From contig NC_043017.1 of NCBI RefSeq assembly GCF_006345805.1, positions 24,304,001-24,368,000 on the forward strand: a DNA stretch of 64,000 nt, read 5' to 3'. This DNA is from Octopus sinensis (taxonomy: Eukaryota). Numbering within the stretch: the first letter of the stretch is position 1; each line of letters starts with the position of its first letter. This document shows, piece after piece, positions 1 through 13,607 of this stretch. The position numbers were made by a program, and so were the translations under genes. The notes beneath the pieces are model-generated. The model had not been told where the DNA came from. It saw nothing but the letters and a program-made list of their open reading frames with translations, and did not search any database.

Positions 1-345
1 TAATGCATGATTAGTTCAAAACAATGTGGATGAAGAAGCATTAATTTTGGCAGAATAATGTGAACACTAAAGGGTTAAAGAATTTATATTATAGTTTTAC
101 ACATTTTCATTCTGGAGTCATTCATGTCACTTTGTCACTTTTGCCTTTCTCTCTTGTTTTGGCCAGTTGGCAATGTTTGTTTGTCGGTGTCCATAGCATT
201 ACATGGTGATGTCTGACACAGCAGCTTGCTGTTTTTATTTGATTGCATTTGGGGGGAACCATGTTTACGACTTGCAAAAGTAAATGCTTCACATACTTTC
301 GTTGTGTTTAGTTTTAACTGTTGAAGGCCACAGTGAGGTATTTTG

Positions 346-376
346 ATGAGAGAGAGAGACAGAGAGGAAGAGAGGG

Positions 377-422
<46 letters not shown>

Positions 423-483
423 AAGAGAAAAAGAGAGAGAGAAAGAGAGAGAGAGAAAGAGAGAGAGAGAAAGAGAGAGAGAG

Positions 484-530
<47 letters not shown>

Positions 531-583
531 GAGAAAGAGAGAGAAGAGAGAGAAGAGAGAGAGAAAGAGAGAGAGAAAGAGAG

Positions 584-618
<35 letters not shown>

Positions 619-631
619 TGTGTGTGTGTGT
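346..631. repeat. (GA)n/(GAAA) microsatellite followed by (GT)n
   Basis: Seen directly. Confidence 0.98.
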
Positions 632-968
632 GAGTTTGTGTGCATGCATTACACACACATCACCATTATCTGCTTTTCCATGCTCACTTGGGTCAGATGG
701 AGTTTATTTACTAGGGCAGAGTTTCTAGGGCTGAATGCTCTTCCTGTTGCCAACCTTCACCTATTTTTAAGCAGAGAAATACTTCCTCATGGCCGGATAT
801 GTTTTCACAGAATACTGAAAATGGATGGTAACAGTTTGTATGACAATGTCAACTTATTTACAACTATCATGCAATATGAAGACCAAGGAGACACAAACAT
901 GGACTTCTTTTCCTTCCTTTTCACTCGTTAGTGCCAGTAGCACGAAAAAGACCACTCAGTACACACTG

Positions 969-1196
969 TTAACCCTTTCGTTACCAACCCAGCAGAAACC
1001 ACCTCTGGCTCTGTAGTACAAATATCTTGTTTTCATAAGTTTTGAATTAAAATATTCCACCAAGCCTTAGTCACAATTTATGTTCCTAACACTAGCTTAA
1101 TGGTAACTAAGTTATTTTACTAAATTCTTTGTTATATTTAAAAAAATTGAAAGAAACACAGAGCATCTCAAAATAAATACGGTAACGAAAGGGTTA
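969..1196. mobile_element. piggyBac-type MITE (family also at 43318-43547)
   Basis: TIR TTAACCCTTTCGTTACC / GGTAACGAAAGGGTTA. Confidence 0.8.
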
Positions 1197-1432
1197 CATT
1201 GTTGGCTTCAGGAAAGGGCCAGTATCCAGCTGTACAAATCATGCCAGAGCTGACACTGCAGCTCAATACAGCTCCGTGGCTTGTTGGATCCTATGAAACT
1301 TTCCGGACTCAAGCCAACAGGGAAAACAGATGTTAAATGATGATGATGATTGGTGACGGTAAAATACATTTTGCCAATACATTTCAGTGAACAAAGAATT
1401 TGGAGAGATTTAGTGAAAATAACCGAACAATA

Positions 1433-1820
1433 GGCGCAGGAGTGGCTGTGTGGTAAGTAGCTTGCTTACCAACCACATGGTTCCGTGTTCAGTCCCACTG
1501 CGTGGCATCTTGGGCAAGTGTCTTCTGCTATAGCCTCAGGCCGACCAATGCCTTGTGAGTGGATTTGGTAGACGGAAACTGAAAGAAGCCTGTCGTATAC
1601 ATGTATATATATATATATGTATGTATGTGTATGTTTGTGTGTCTGTGTCTGTGTTTGTCCCCCTAGCATTGCTTGACAACCGATGCTGTTGTGTTTACGT
1701 CCCCGTCACTTAGCGGTTTGGCAAAAGAGACCGATAGAATAAGTCCCGGGGTTGATTTGCTCGACTAAAGGCGGTGCTCCAGCATGGCCACAGTCAAATG
1801 ACTAAAACAAGTAAAAGAGA
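1433..1820 (+). mobile_element. tRNA-derived SINE, family A (my label)
   Basis: A box TGGCTGTGTGG, B box GTTCAGTCCC, internal (TA)/(TG)n, 3' end GACTGAAACAAGTAAAAGAG; more than 20 copies in the window. Confidence 0.9.
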
Positions 1821-2678
1821 ATATTTGTCATAGTCTGGATAGTGTTTGGAAGAGAAATTAAATAAAAATGTCCTCGCATAAAATTACAACGGAATGTTTT
1901 AATTTAAATGTAAACACCTCAAAATTAGAGGTTTTTGTCTGATGTAAGCAAAGGTAGTTTCAGTTAAGCAAATTGGCATTGAAAAGTTAAGCTGATAGTT
2001 TCTACTTTAACAAGACACAGAAAAACACCGGGGGGGAGGGGGGAACAAAAAAAAAAACTTTTTGGCTGTGTGGTAAGTAGCTTGTTTACCAACCACATGG
2101 TTCCGGGTTCAGTCCCACTGCGTGGCACCTTGGGCAAGTGTCTTCTACTATAGCCTCGGGCCAACCAAAGCCTTGTGAGTGGATTTGGTAGACGGAAACT
2201 GAAAGAAGCCCGTCGTATATATGTGTGTTTGTGTTTGTCCCCCTAGCATTGCTTGCACGGAAATGGGTGAGGGCTGACAACAGGAGGGGGGATCCAACCA
2301 TAGAAAATCCACCTCGACAAATTCCCTCCGACCCATGCAAGCACGGAGAAGTGGATGTTAAGATGATGACGAGAGCCAAAAGAGAGCTTTGCCACCAACC
2401 ACCACATCATGGAAGCCACATAAATCATTGTTTCACCACACGTACAATAATAACTTGGATAAACAAGATAAAAGGAAATTAATCATTTCTGTTGGCTGGT
2501 AGTTAATTTCAAATGACAACCAAAACAGATGCTGACATTTAAGATTTAAAAAAAAAGACACTTTAGCACTGTAACATATTTTTAGAACAATGCATATTCT
2601 CTCATCTTTCCATAATGACATTTTCTAAAATATCTAAAACTCTTTCTCATATACATGCACACACACACATATATATAT

Positions 2679-3279
2679 ATGATGGGGTACTGAAAAGTTC
2701 CAGGGTTTGGGTAAAAGAAAATACATTTTTCTTTTTTTCTTTTTTTTTTACCTGTTTCAGTCATTTAACTGTGGCCATGCTGGAGCACCGCCTTTAATCA
2801 AGCAACTCGACCCCGGGACTTATTCTTTGTAAGCCCAGTACTTATTCTATCGGTCTCTTTTGCCGAACCGCTAAGTGACGGGGACATAAACACACCAGCA
2901 TCGGTTGTCAAGCAATGCTAGGTGGACAAACACAGACACCCATACATATATATGACAGGCTTCTTTCAGTTTCCGTCTACCAAATCCACTCACAAGGCTT
3001 TGGCCGGCCCGAGGCTATAGTAGAAGACACTTGCCCAAGGTGCCACGCAGTGGGACTGAACCCGGAACCATGTGGTTGGTAAACAAGCTACTTACCACAC
3101 AGCCACTCCTGCGCCATTTAAATATAATTTTAATCAACATATTCACCTCTTAGATTCACAGGGTTATTGCAGTGGCCCTTCAATTTTTCTAAGCCTTGCA
3201 AAAGAACTCAGAAGGTTGGGCCTCCAACCAGACCTTTTACGATACCCTTAAAACCAGGAACTTTTCAATACCCCCTTAT
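2679..3279. mobile_element. Mariner-derived MITE split by a SINE A
   Basis: TIR GGGGTACTGAAAAGTTCC / GGAACTTTTCAATACCCC. Confidence 0.75.
2730..3116 (-). mobile_element. SINE family A inserted in a mariner MITE
   Basis: Full-length copy. Confidence 0.9.
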
Positions 3280-4317
3280 GAGTGTGCGTGTGTGGCTTCT
3301 GTGCTGGTGGCATGTAAAAGGCACCATTCGAGCGTGATCATTACCAGCGTCGCCTTACTGGCACGTGAAAAACATTCAAGTGAGGTCGTTGCCAGTACCG
3401 CCTGGCTAGCCCCCATGCTGGTGGCATGTAAAAGCACTTACTACACTCTTGGAGTGGTTGGCGTTAGGAAGGGCATCCAGCTGTATTTTGTTCAAGAACA
3501 CAACATGCTGCCCAGTCTGGGAATCAAACCCATGATCTAGCAATCATGAGTACAACACCTTAACCACTAGGCCACATACACACACACATATATAGTGCAT
3601 CATATGTGATGTCCCGGACACTTGGCTGATAAGCTAAGGTCACAGAACAAAAACTCACCAACTAAAAAAAGACAATTACATCATCAAAATCTCAAGGCTA
3701 TGAGACGATGCATGGTTAATTCAAAACAATGTTAATACATAAGGATTAAATTTCACAGAATAATCAGAATACTGAGGGTTAAGACATGACTACACTGATA
3801 TGATATTGTGGAGGAGTGGATAAATACACAGTAGGTGCTTGACCTCATGGTTAGGGTATTACTCTAACAATTATAAAGTTGTGGGTTCAATTCCTGAACC
3901 AGGTGGTGGCAATGTGTCCTTAAGCAAGGAACTTCATTTTGCACTGTTTCAGTCTATTTAGCTGAAACTGAGTACCAGCTTACTAGTGCAGCTTCCCCAC
4001 CTTCCAGCTGTCACATCCATGATATCCTGCAAGGTCAGGATGAAAGGGTTGATATGGCAGTGGCATAAGCCAGAACAGCCCTTGTTTTTTATTGCTCCTT
4101 CCTCAGGCCCCCAAACCTATATAGCCTTATGCAGCAAAGCCAGAAATGCTACCCCTGACAAAAACGTCACCCAAGGTGCACCGCCCTCTCCTCCCCCAGT
4201 TATGCTATTGCTTAAAGGCTGGGTATCCATGCCAACCTATGGCTACAAAGGCACCAAAAGCAAGTAGCAAAAAAGTGGTACAAGCTACCAGGACATATTT
4301 GTAAGCACCAGTTAAAC

Positions 4318-4556
4318 CAGTGGTTCCCAAAGTGAGGGGCTGTGGAAAGATCGGTGGGGAGAGAGATTGAAGAAAAGTGGGGGTGATAACGAGGTGGCCA
4401 AATGGGGGTGATGAACGTAAAAACAAAATAATGGGTCAATTAGGTTAAGCTTTATTTGTGAAATATGGTTGGGTTGAATTTGCTGCAGAAAGTGGTCTGT
4501 TTGTGGTGGTGAGTTGGGGGGAGGGAAAGGCACTAGAAAAAGTTGGGAAACCCCTG
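4318..4556. mobile_element. hAT-type MITE (related copy ~31687-31957)
   Basis: TIR CAGTGGTTCCCAA / TTGGGAAACCCCTG; 8-bp TSD AGTTAAAC / AATTAAAC. Confidence 0.8.
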
Positions 4557-5699
4557 AATTAAACAAACAAAAGGGTGAATAAATAAAGCAAAAAACATGA
4601 GTGCCAAATAGAAGATATTAGCAGAAGAAAAAGAACAAAGAAGATAATGTTTTAATGAGAGATCTGAGAATGCTGAGTCTCCCAGAGATGGAGTTTTCGC
4701 TTCGGTCAAATCTAAGCTACAAAGGAGATAAAAAAAACTGACAAGATAAAGTATATTTGAAAAGGATATCACTTGATGAAATAAATATTTCCTGCCCAAT
4801 CCATGCCAGCAAGGAAAAAGTGCTGCAATCTGCTTATTATAAATGTTGATAAATCCTTGAGTGGATTTCATAGACAGGAACTAGATAAAAAGCTCAGTGT
4901 GTGTGTGTGTGTGTGTTCTTGCCTCAGCATTCTGTGACGCTCAGCATTGAGTGTCACAGTGATACAAGCAGTGTCCTTTGATTCCAACCTTCCATCAAAA
5001 CGTCTGTTCATAAAGAAATGTTACTTTACTGGAAAACTGGGGAGGTTTAGCACCAGGAAGGGCATCCAGCCTTAGACCACCTGCCTCAATGAATTCTGTC
5101 TGGCCCATGCGAACATGGAAAAGTGAACATTAAAACGATGACTACTAAGTTGTTATTGTTGTTGTTGATGGTGATGATGATGGTGGTGATGGTGATGATG
5201 ATGATGATGAGGAGGATAACTGCTAGCATTCTGTAACCATCACTAAAGAATGTGAAACATAAATGCCACCTATTTCTATGTCCTGAATTATTTTTAAAGG
5301 GCAGGTATTTAGCTTTGGATTTAATTATAATGTTAAGACAGATAAGAGATAATCCGCCACATCTCCTTTCAAAGTTATGGCCTTGTGCCAATGTAAGAGA
5401 TCCCTACTGGGTCGGCTGTATTTAAAAATAAAATAGACAGACAGACCAAGAGGGGGGAGAAAGAAAGAGACAGACCAAGAAAGAAGCAGACAGCCAGGCA
5501 GATAGACAAAGCCAAGTCTGTTGTTTAGATAATTTAAACAAGGAAAAGGATAATACTTTTTCATAGAGATTTGCTTTTATTAAACCCCAAGTCAGACCCA
5601 ACTGATCTATGATCAAACACATTCCAGTTCATATTCAACCACAATGTATCTAGGACTAAATTATCTAAAATGTTCTTTCATTTTTTTTTTCTGCAAACA

Positions 5700-5903
5700 G
5701 TACTCTTTTACTTGTTTCAGTCATTTGACTGCGGCCATGCTGGAGCACCACCTTTAGTCGAGCAAATCGACCCCGGGACTTATTCTTTGTAAGCCCAGTA
5801 CTTATTCTATTGGTCTCTTTTGCAGAACCACTAAGTGACGGGGACGTAAACAGACCAGCATCGGTTGTCAAGCAATACTAGGGGGACAAACACAGACACA
5901 CAA

Positions 5904-5942
<39 letters not shown>

Positions 5943-6108
5943 CATATATACGACAGGCTTCTTTCAGTTTCCGTCTACCAAATCCACTCACAAGGCATTG
6001 GTCGGCCCAGGGCTATAGCAGAAGACACTTGCCCAAGATGCCACGCAGTGGGACTGAACCCGGAACCATGTGGTTGGTTAGCAAGCTACTTACCACACAG
6101 CCACTCCT
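5700..6108 (-). mobile_element. SINE family A
   Basis: Near full-length copy. Confidence 0.9.
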
Positions 6109-6848
6109 GAGGAAATTTAGTTGCTATTTCTAGCAAATCAAGCACTCACATACAGTTCCACTGCCCCTTGTTGGCTCAGCCCACATAAAGGATTATTACT
6201 GTGAAAGTAAATAAGGCTTACATAAAAATTTGTTCCCAGGGATTTCAGTTAACATCACATTTAACTTGTGGTAGGCTTGGATGATGAAGATGTAATGTCT
6301 TGTAGTTAGTTACTGAATAGCTGACAGGTTTAAGAAAGAACAAGTGTTCCAGGCAGGAAGTGTTAGTGACACATCAACTCAGCAGACATCAAATAAGGGA
6401 AAGAGACAGAGAAATAGAGAGAGAGAGAGGAGGAAGGAGGAGGTAGTGTGGAAAAGGTGCTATTATAAACAGACGCCCCCTCCACCACACCCACCGGACT
6501 GGCTTTGCTTGTTTTTTGGAATTTGATGACAATGAGACAGTTGTTTCAAGCCCAAATAATCAGTCATAGCTGGAGGACAAAAAGGTGGGGGTAGACGGAA
6601 GAAGGGAATGTTGGGGGGGGGGGATTCTAGATATAGCTGAATGGCTAAGAAGCTTGCTTTGCAATCACAAGGTTTCAGGTTCAGTCTCACAGCATGGCAC
6701 CTAGGGCAACTGTCTCCTATTGCAGTCCCAGGCTGACTAATGCCCGGTGAGTGAATCTGGTACATGGAAACTGTGGGGAAGACTGTCGTATCTGCCTATC
6801 CACCTATAAATATGTATGTTTATGTATGTGTGTGTGTATATATATATA

Positions 6849-6891
<43 letters not shown>

Positions 6892-7044
6892 ATATATATA
6901 GGGGTGTGTGTGTGCAAAGATTGCCAGATCAGACTGGGTCTGGTGCAGCCTTTGGCTTCCCAGACCCCAGTAGAACCATCCAACCCATGCTGGCATGGAA
7001 TGCGGACGCTAAACGATGATGATGATGATGATATATATGCCAGC

Positions 7045-7245
7045 CTCCCCTGGCCCCTGTGCTGGTGGCACGTAAAAAGCACCCACTACACTTACGGAGT
7101 GGTTGGCGTTAGGAAGGGCATCCAGCTGTAGAAACACTGCCAGATCAGACTGGAGCCTGGTGCAGCCTCCTGGCTTCCCAGACCCCAGTCGAACCGTCCA
7201 ACCCATGCTAGCATGGAAAACGGATGTTAAACGATGATGATGATG
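7045..7245 (+). mobile_element. Short retroelement family D (my label) with (GAT)n tail; further copies near 6925, 8575, 13310(-), 15325(-), 51590
   Basis: GGTTGGCGTTAGGAAGGGCATCCAGC core; ends AACGGATGTTAAACGATGATGATG. Confidence 0.8.
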
Positions 7246-7599
7246 TGTGTGTGTGTATTATGAAGGCAGAGTAAAATGAAGGCACATGGTTCAGTGGTTA
7301 GAGTATAGGGCTCACAATCATGAGGTTGTGAGTTCGATTCCTGGACTGGGCTGTGTGTTGTGTTCTTGAGCAAGACACTTCATTTCACGTTGCTCCAGTT
7401 CACTCAGCTGGTGCCAAGCTGTATCAGCCTCTGCCTTTCCTTTGTATAACATCAGTGGCATGGAGAGGAGAGGCTAGTATACATGAGCAACTGCTGGTCT
7501 TCTATAAACAACCTTGCCCAGACTTGTGCCTCGGAGGAGAACTTTCTTAGTTGCAATCCCATAGTCATAACTGAAGGAGGTCAAATCAAAGTAATTAGC

Positions 7600-7819
7600 T
7601 TAACTCTTTAGTATTCAGATTACTGTCAAATGTAATATTTATTCACATTGTTTTGAATTAATCATGCATAATGTCATAGCTTCGAGATTTCAATGAGGTG
7701 ATTGTAATGTTTTTAGAATGACATTATAGGGTAGGTGTAAGAAGCTGAATGTGGTTGAACATAAAACAAGGTAGAATATTTTGGGCCATATATGGCCAGT
7801 TTCTGTGCTAAAGGGTTAA
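7600..7819. mobile_element. Second piggyBac-type MITE family (also 1-78, 54661-54889, 61052-61786)
   Basis: TTAACtCTTTAG ... CTAAAGGGTTAA termini, shared interior. Confidence 0.8.
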
Positions 7820-10113
7820 AGTAAATAAATGTTCCTGGCTGGTGAAATGACATTTAATAAAAGAGAATTTAAGTGAAGTTGTGTGTGTGTGTGTGTGTGT
7901 AAGGGATAGATAATAGTTGGTTTGATGTTTAACTCCAGGTCAAGCCTAACAAGGCAGACCCATAATCAAAGACATTACAGTATGACCATCCTGTCTGTCT
8001 TTGTATTGAGGAAACTACAATGCCCAATGTAACCTTTATTTAAATATAAATAATATATTTAAATATAAATAATATATAAATATATGCATATATACATACA
8101 TATATGTACATACCTACATATATATGTATATATACAGCATTCATAATAATTTTTCTATCATCTTGCCTTAACAGTCCTCACCATTTGTTTTTAGTGTCTT
8201 GTTCTCCCTGTCCTGTTTTTGTTACCACTTTCACTCTCTGCAAAAAATCCCAAATTTTATTTAATTTGCTTTGCGGGAAGGACTGTTTCAATGAAGCTGT
8301 GTATTGTCCTTATCTTCGAAATGTGGAGTAGGTGAAACAGGGACAACTGATGAAGGGGAATATCCTTTATGTTGCATGTCTCGTTTCTCTGTTTTTTTGT
8401 AGTTTGAAAAAAAGTTCGTTTTCTATGTTTTTGTTTTTAAGTTTTCATCTCTCATTGTGTTCAACGTTTTTTGAAGCCCTGTACCCATTTATGCATGTAT
8501 ATATACATACATATGTAGGTATGTACATATATGTATGTATATATGCATATATTTATATATTCAGTACTGCCTGACTGGCCCCCATGCCGGTGGCACGTAA
8601 AAAGCACCCACTACGCTCTCGGAGTGGTTGGCGTTAGGAAGGGCATCCAGCTGTAGAAACTCTGCCAAATCAAGATTGGAGTCTGGTGCAGCCATCTGGT
8701 TCGCCAGCCCTCAGTCAAAATCGTCCAACCCATGCTAGCATGGAAAGCAGATGTTAAACAATGGTGATGATGATGATATTCAAATTCCACGCATCCTTTT
8801 CCAAGTAAGTTTCTTCTTTATTTAAAACTTCTCAAGGACAATTTGGCAGCTATTCCTCTCATTTTAAGTGAAGAGGCTCCCCTCAATGACTCAAAAAAAA
8901 CCAGGAGTTTGTTTATGTGTTGCTTTGTATGAGTTGTGATGCAATATATGAGTACCAGCACCCAGTAGAGGGGGAGGGAGGCTTATATTATAAAAAAAAA
9001 AAAAAACACTAAGTAATAAATTTGATTTCACATAAGGTCGGTTGCTTGTGCTCTCTCTCTTTCTCTCTCTCTCTCTCTCCCCTGACAACAAACAAACTGT
9101 CAATGTATAAAAAAGAAAGTAGGAAACACACTGAATGGAATACAATTTTAGGAGTTAAAAAACCATTGATAAAGTGACAAAGTAAAGCAACTCAGCATAA
9201 CTAGATGGTAGAAGTGGTGGGAGGTCTGTAGATGGGGTGGGGGGAAGAGGAGAAGTAAGGTACTGAGTGATGCGGTAATGTCAGTAGCTGAAGAGGAAGA
9301 TGTGTGCGTAGATGTGTAGTGTTACGGAAGTACAAAACCGTTGAGTGACTGACAGACAGCAGTTTGACAGACGGAGCAGAGACTGATGGTTTTGGTACAG
9401 AGCGAAAAGACATACAGCAATTATGTAAGCCCATGAGAATATGTTGGCATTTACCTTCTTTTTTTTTTTTGTCTTTCCGAGTAATAAATGTAAAGTGTTG
9501 ATTACAAATGACAAAAGGTGAGTATGAATGAACAACCTGCTAAGTAAAGCAGCTTGTTCACATGGAGGACATTACATTATATATATATATATATAATAGG
9601 CGCAGGAGTGGCTGTGTGGTAAGTAGCTTGCTAACCAACCTCATGGTTGCTCGACTAAAGGCGGTGCACCAGCATGACCACAGTCAAATGACTGAAACAA
9701 GTAAAAGAGTAAAGAATATGTGTGTGTGTGTGTATATATACACATACAAACATACATACATACATACACACACATATATGAGGGTGTGTGATTGAGAAGC
9801 ATGCTTTGCAACCATGTAATCTGAAGTTCAGTCCCACTGCACAGTACATTAGGTGTCTTCTACTATAAGCCCTGGGCCAACAAATGTCTTGTGAGCAAAT
9901 TTGGTAGATGGAAACTGTGTTGAAGCCTGTTGTGCATATAATGGAGGCGAACACTTTTCTCCATGTGATCGACTTGAAAAATTGTTAAGACACTAGGATA
10001 TTTTCCTACTTGTCTTAACATGAAACCAATGGTAGCCTTAATTCACAAATAAAGAAATCATATCCACCAATCCGGTGTTGAGCACTCAGTTTCATCATTC
10101 AACCTTTACGTAG

Positions 10114-10630
10114 ATACTAGCAGTATCACCCGGCGTTGCTCGGGTTTGTAAGGGAAATAACTATATAAGCATTTTTAGAGAGTTACTTCCTTTATAGATG
10201 CCAATTCGGGCTTTCTTAGCCATTTCTGTTTTGGTGTCTTTAAGCCATGAAGTCATTGTTCTAAAAGAACGCTGGTCTCCTTGACAACGCTTTACGACGT
10301 TGATTTCCTTACACTCCCTTCCCCACAGCTTCACAAGGGAGGGAAGAAGGGGGAGAAACAAACAGGTGCAGGTGTGACCATGGACGCCAACTCCGCCGCC
10401 ATCAACACACAAAAAATTATGCATTAAAATGGAATAAAAAATGATGTTAAATTATTTTTAAAATCGTAGACTCATCGTAGACGCGCGCTAATACTCAGAC
10501 GGGCTCGATATGAATCACGACTATAAGATACCCGAATTTGGCTAAACTGCACCGCAAAATGTGGGAGGAGTTAGGAATCTAAATCGTAGGAGACAGACAC
10601 TCACACAACTACAGTTTTATATATATAGAT
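10114..10630 (+). mobile_element. Helentron-associated (DINE-1/HINE-like) non-autonomous element
   Basis: Starts ACTAGCAGTATCACCCGGCGTTGCTCGGG; ends GGAGGAGTT...ACAGACACTCACAC..TTTATATATATAGAT; no TSD. Confidence 0.6.
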
Positions 10631-10848
10631 ATGTATGCATGAGTGTGTCTGTCATCACCCCAGCATAACCACTTGATAACTGGGGTGATGGCTTGTTTAC
10701 ATCTCTGCAACTTAGCAGTTTAGCAAAAGAGACCGATGGAATATGAACCAGACTTAAAGAGAAAACACCAACTGGGGGTCAATTTGTTCAACTAAAACCC
10801 ATCAAAATGGTGCACCAACATGGCTGCAGCCCAATGACTGAAACAAGA

Positions 10849-10983
10849 TATATATATATATTATATATATATATATATATAGTATATATATATAGATATA
10901 TATGTTGTATATATGTATATATATATATATATTATATATATATATATGTATATATATGTATATAATATATATGTATATATATA

Positions 10984-11015
<32 letters not shown>

Positions 11016-11025
11016 TATCTATATG

Positions 11026-11097
<72 letters not shown>

Positions 11098-11106
11098 GTA
11101 TATTAG

Positions 11107-11170
<64 letters not shown>

Positions 11171-11174
11171 TATG

Positions 11175-11218
<44 letters not shown>

Positions 11219-11430
11219 TATATGTATATATATAGGTATATATATATAGTATATATATATATATATAATATTATATATATATTAATATATATATGTAGAT
11301 ATATATATATGGTATATTATAATATATATATATATAATGTATATATATATATATTATATATATATATTATATATATATATATATTATATATATATATGTT
11401 ATATATATATATCTATATATAATATATATG

Positions 11431-11461
<31 letters not shown>

Positions 11462-11560
11462 ATATATTGTTAATATTATTATATATATATGTATATATAT
11501 ATATATGTATATATATATTATATATAATGTATATATATAATATATTTATATATATATATG

Positions 11561-11608
<48 letters not shown>
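10849..11608. repeat. ~760 bp degenerate (TA)n array
   Basis: Seen directly. Confidence 0.98.
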
Positions 11609-11610
<2 letters not shown>

Positions 11611-13576
11611 TGCATAAAAGTGCCTGTGCAATGCCATGTAAAAGCACCCATGTGGTGTCACATAATAATAGTGCCATGCGTAGAAGTGCTTGAGCGGCGC
11701 CATATAAAAGCATCCCGCACACTCTGTTAAGTGGTTGGCATTAGGAAGGGCATCCAGCCATAGAAACCATCCAAATCAGACCAGAGTCTGGTGCAGCTCC
11801 ACAGTTTGCCACCCCTGGTCAAACCATCCGACTCATGCCCCAGCATGGCCGCAGTCAAATGACTGAAACAAGTAAAAGAATAAAAAAAGCATGTAGGTAC
11901 CGAAATCTTTCAAGTGCTTAGAATCTCTAAGGGTCATAATTCAGCCTTGTTTCTATGGCTGGATGCTCTTCCTCAAGCCAACCACTTTACAGCATGTACT
12001 TGTTTTTTTTTAGTGGCACCAGCACTAGTGAGGTCTCCAAGCAGTCTGCAAGACTACAAACCATGATGGGCAAAGTATTATTACTAAGAGATGAAGGAGT
12101 TGCAGTATAAAAGAATAGAACAGGTATTTTTGTGCTGGGTGGTTGGTGTTAGGATGGGCAACCAGCTGTAAAAAAAAAACATGCCAAATTAGACACAGAG
12201 GTCTGCAGGCTCCTACCTGGCCAGCTCCTGTCAAACGTTCCAACCCATGCCAGCATGGAAGGCAGATGTTAAACAATAATGATGATGAGGAGGAAGGTGC
12301 TGACTACGTAACTATTCATGATTTAGAAGAGGGGATGGTAGTATAAATGGAGCAGGAATGAGACAAAAATAGTGGTGATTCGGTTTCTGGGTGGACCCTC
12401 AATGCACTACAAATCACTTGTGTATATAAAAAAAGAAATTTTTTTTTTAAATAGCTAATCCTAAGCCACTATTTATCAAACCTATTCTATGTATTCCATT
12501 GAAATTTTGAATTTCACTGGAATTTCTAAAGAAAGCAAGGGAGACTACTCGCATGTAATGCATCAGAATTGCTTCCCATGTAGCAGTAACCGGCAATCAC
12601 AATACATTTTAAAGTTATCAAATAAAATGGTCAACGAAAATTAACTTTACCGATCTTTTACTGACCATCAGCCTTATTTAGAATGGATACCTCATCATTC
12701 ACTCTTATTACACCTAAGCTAACAAATGTGTTTTTTTAAAACATTCGTGAAACATGTAGTAATGCAGATCTGAGTTAATCTCCACATGTTTTCTTTAGAT
12801 TGTACTCCTAGTTTATGCACACACATATACACACATATGCACATACACGCCCATAACATTTCTATGTGTGCATCTTGTTTCAGCCATTTGACAGCAGACG
12901 TCGTCTGCTAGAAGATAGTAGGAGTTCGCTCCCCTGCTTGCAATATATATTTGGTGCAGATTGCATTGATAACCAACTACAGGAGGCTCTTCCTGGGGTT
13001 AAAAACAGAAGTAATGTCGATTTTAACGGAACAGTCATATTGATGTGGCGATAAACATATTATACATACACACATACGACTGGCTTCTTTCGGTTTCTGT
13101 CTACCAAATCCACTCACAAGGCTTTGGTCAGCTTGAAACTATAGTAGAAGACACTTGTCCACACAACCATACCTGCACCTATATATATATATATAATATA
13201 TATATATATATACATACAAATCTATACTAATCCGTATGTATACACTATCTTTTTATATAAATAATATATACACTCTGTGTGTGTGTATGTATATATATAT
13301 ATATATATATATCATCATCATCATCGTTTAACGTCCGCTTTCCATGCTAGCATGGGTTGGACGGTTCAACTGGGGTCTGGGAAGCCTGAAGGCTGCACCA
13401 GGCCAGTCAGATCTGGCAGTGTTTCTACAGCTGGATGCCCTTCCTAACGCCAACCACTCCTTGAGTGTAGTGGGTGCTTTTCATGTGCCACCAACACAGG
13501 TGCCAGACGAGGCTGGCGAACGGCCACGCTCAGATGGAGTTTTTTACGTGCCACATATATATGTATATATATTATG

Positions 13577-13607
<31 letters not shown>

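Noticed and set aside
135-658. ORFs of 96-173 aa (SLSL/RERE)
   Set aside because: They are translations of the (GA)n microsatellite. The unique part (135-310, -) has a possible acceptor but no recognisable product or partner exon.
620-931. 103-aa ORF on the + strand
   Set aside because: It lies in what looks like a degenerate fragment of the short retroelement/SINE repeats; no splice pair or protein motif.
1433-1510. tRNA genes at SINE heads
   Set aside because: The A/B boxes continue into SINE bodies and no complete cloverleaf is seen.
1466-1669. Recurrent ORFs ending DTCPRCHAVGLNPEPCGW, or starting MTTDAG
   Set aside because: Chance frames in SINE A copies; the CxxC is not evidence of a gene family.
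10902-11730. YIYI-rich ORFs (also 13.4-13.9 kb, 25.1-25.8 kb and others)
   Set aside because: (TA)n and (CA)n translations
12866-13054. 62-aa ORF with an acceptor-like site in the duplicated unit
   Set aside because: No known motif; the second copy carries indels; no donor found.
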